Source: Octopus bimaculoides
Taxonomy: Eukaryota
Length of the DNA stretch: 64,000 bases
Direction: 5' to 3'
Assembly: GCF_001194135.2 (NCBI RefSeq)
Contig: NC_068985.1
Span: 3,007,185-3,071,184, forward strand
Shown here: positions 61,396 to 64,000 of the stretch, in pieces
How the letters are laid out: every line of letters begins with the position of its first letter
Numbering within the stretch: position 1 is the first letter of the stretch
Notes under the pieces: model-generated
What the model was told of the DNA's origin: nothing
The model's input: the letters and a program-made list of their open reading frames with translations, nothing else
Database searches by the model: none
Position numbers and translations under genes: made by a program

Positions 61396-61623
61396 TTAAC
61401 TGCTTTCTGACCATATTTCTGTTAAAATACATTGTCTTTACTTATATAATTTTGAAAATAATGAAAAATATAGAAAATAACTTTGCTGGTATTAAGCTGA
61501 TATTTTGAATATAAATTAACACAGATTCTGAAAGAAGCTTTTTTATGTAGATTGCTTTAAAACAGAAAATTTGTATGAAAGAACCTGCAGCAGCTTCTGG
61601 CTTGCTGGTATCAAAAGGGTTAA
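61396..61623 (-). mobile_element. TTAA-type MITE
   Basis: TTAA at both ends (61396-99 and 61620-23); inverted homolog of 40916-41141. Confidence 0.55.
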
Positions 61624-63477
61624 GCAGCAGATGCTCTGCACTGCTTAAAAGTCTTATAGTAATATTACTAAAAATCAGAGAATTGAGAAGTGTTTTTCTA
61701 TAAATGAAGTTTATTTACATGTAAATGTATAAAAAAATATTGTGTACAAAGGGTAGATGGCTTAGCCTATTATTAGGACTTTGGGCTTGCAAGAGTGGAT
61801 AAGTCTCAATGTTTAACTAGAACACTACATTGCATTCGATAGCATGTAATATCTATGCAATGCCTGGCAGGTTCATTTTAGTGTATGGCAGTTTTTGTTT
61901 TTTTTAAGTTTATTCTACTACCAATTAATTAGCTTCGTTTTCAATAATCTTATATGTAAAAATAAAACAATGCAATGACTAATGCATGCTTATTAGTTTG
62001 CACATGTTTAATATTATGTAATATTCCAAGACACTACAAAATTGTTTTCATGTTTCATTCTTTTCATATTCTGCTCTGCATTTAATACTTGTAATCTTCA
62101 CACAGATAAACCTCACAATCGAAAACATAAGTACTAAGACATATACCATTCAATTTCATATAGTATTCAATTTTATAGAAAATATGTATTCGACTCTACA
62201 CATTGTTATTTATTTCAATCTGCATTTTAACACAGTTTTAATATAAACAAGCAATATTTTTCTCTTTTATTCTTTTTGTATTTAAATCATAAGTCTATGC
62301 ATGTGCAATATATATACATACATACATACACACACACGGGTGTGTATACATATAGTCATGAATATACATGTGTAGAGTGGAAGTTGTCTTGCTGTGCATA
62401 TGTTTAACTTGGAATAAACTATATTCCTGTGTTTTATGAAGCAGAAGTTACTCATTCAAAACTAAAGAAATATTTAATAAAATTCTCAGAATACAGAATG
62501 TGTATTCCTGTTTTATGAAGCAGAAATTACTCATTCAAAACTAAATACATAAAGTTTTGAAAATGTAGAATGCAATATAAAAATTTTGAAGGAAAAATTA
62601 TGAAGAGGATCAAAATTTTAATTTATAGAGAAATGGATAATGAGTCTTTCATTTTTACCATTTCTTTTGGATTTCTTCATTTTAATTTTCAGGCTAGTCT
62701 TGTTACTATAAATGAAACTGTATTGATAGAGAAAAATTAAGAGAAAGGCCATTTTTAGATCAAGCTTAAAATGAACCAAAAACATATATGTGGTGGAATC
62801 AATTCCAAAACTAGCTCCTGGTAAATTTTTTTATCAAATTAAAACCTCTACTTAGAGACTACAACTCACCAGTTTCTTGCTTCTATATTCTGCGTATGCA
62901 CACGTATGTTTATGCATGTTTGTGTGCAGCTGTGAGTGTACATACACAGACAAAGTGACATGTATGATCATGCGTATCTTCTTTTGTGGTAAAAATGAGA
63001 GCCACCACAACATTTTCTCAGCCTCTCCATCAGTTTCCTACCCCTTTCTCTGCAACATGTACACACATATACACAAATATTCAAATACATACACAAACAC
63101 ATACCTTTTCACCACCGCAACACAAACAGAAAATGAGACATTTTCAACAACAACATTTAAGAAAATATTAACAACAATAAAAGGAAGAGCCAAAGAAGCG
63201 ACTAAAGATATATATAAGGGGTAGGAGTAAGAACACAAAAAAAATTACAGGAATAAAATGTAAGGATGTGAATATTTAGAAATGCTTAAAGGTCTTTTCT
63301 CTCCATTCACTCTCCCTGCGCCAACCATTTTCCAAGCAATCAGTTCCTGGAGATAAATAGATAACTGCTAGCCAAAGAAATGCTTATCAAGCAAAGAAAA
63401 AAAACACAAAATGGAGAAAATGGAACAGCACACACACACACACATAAACACATGTATATATAGACATCTGGATGCAT

Positions 63478-63479
<2 letters not shown>

Positions 63480-63529
<50 letters not shown>

Positions 63530-63539
63530 NNNNNNNNNN

Positions 63540-63613
<74 letters not shown>

Positions 63614-63964
63614 TATATACATACATTTATATACGTATGTATATATTTATATACATAAACATATATATACATATATATACATACACATGAATATATATAT
63701 ATATATATATAAGTACATACACACGTATATATAGACATATATATATACACATATATACAGATATATATACACATATACAGATATATATACATATATATAT
63801 AAACATATACATATAATATACATATATACAGATATATATACATATATATATAAACATATACATATAATATACATATATACATATATATACATATAAAGCT
63901 ATACATATGTGTATATATACATACATATACATACGTTTATATATGTACATATGAACTTATACAC

Positions 63965-63995
<31 letters not shown>

Positions 63996-64000
63996 TATAT
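63480..64000. repeat. Compound (TA)n/(TG)n/CATATA low-complexity tract
   Basis: Direct inspection; includes a 10-N gap. Confidence 0.95.

Noticed and set aside
63340-63950. YI/IY/CV-rich ORFs of up to 188 aa
   Set aside because: TA and TG microsatellite translations; the same applies to HT/CV ORFs throughout the window.

Overview
AT-rich, CpG-depleted animal genomic DNA with four short assembly gaps. The repeat landscape resembles cephalopod (Octopus-like) DNA; this is an inference from pattern familiarity, not a search. No intact protein-coding gene, rRNA, true tRNA or CRISPR array is visible. The window reads as intronic or intergenic sequence packed with microsatellites, several tRNA-headed SINE families, fragments of RTE, R4/Dong-like and CR1-like LINEs, and decayed DNA transposons (two mariners, a hAT, a Tigger/pogo, Tc1-like derivatives, MITEs, a Helentron-like HINE), many of them nested. 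A few weak splice-bounded exon candidates and one CpG-retaining promoter-like island hint at a host gene. The two strongest observations: (1) a tRNA-headed SINE, present twice (about 29085-29360 and 38074-38379), carries a Penelope-type minimal hammerhead ribozyme; (2) an unclassified dispersed repeat of about 120-175 bp (16846, 17348, 29720, 48848) keeps a multi-hairpin/four-way-junction fold through compensatory changes. Repeat boundaries are read by eye and are approximate unless a TSD or TIR is quoted.
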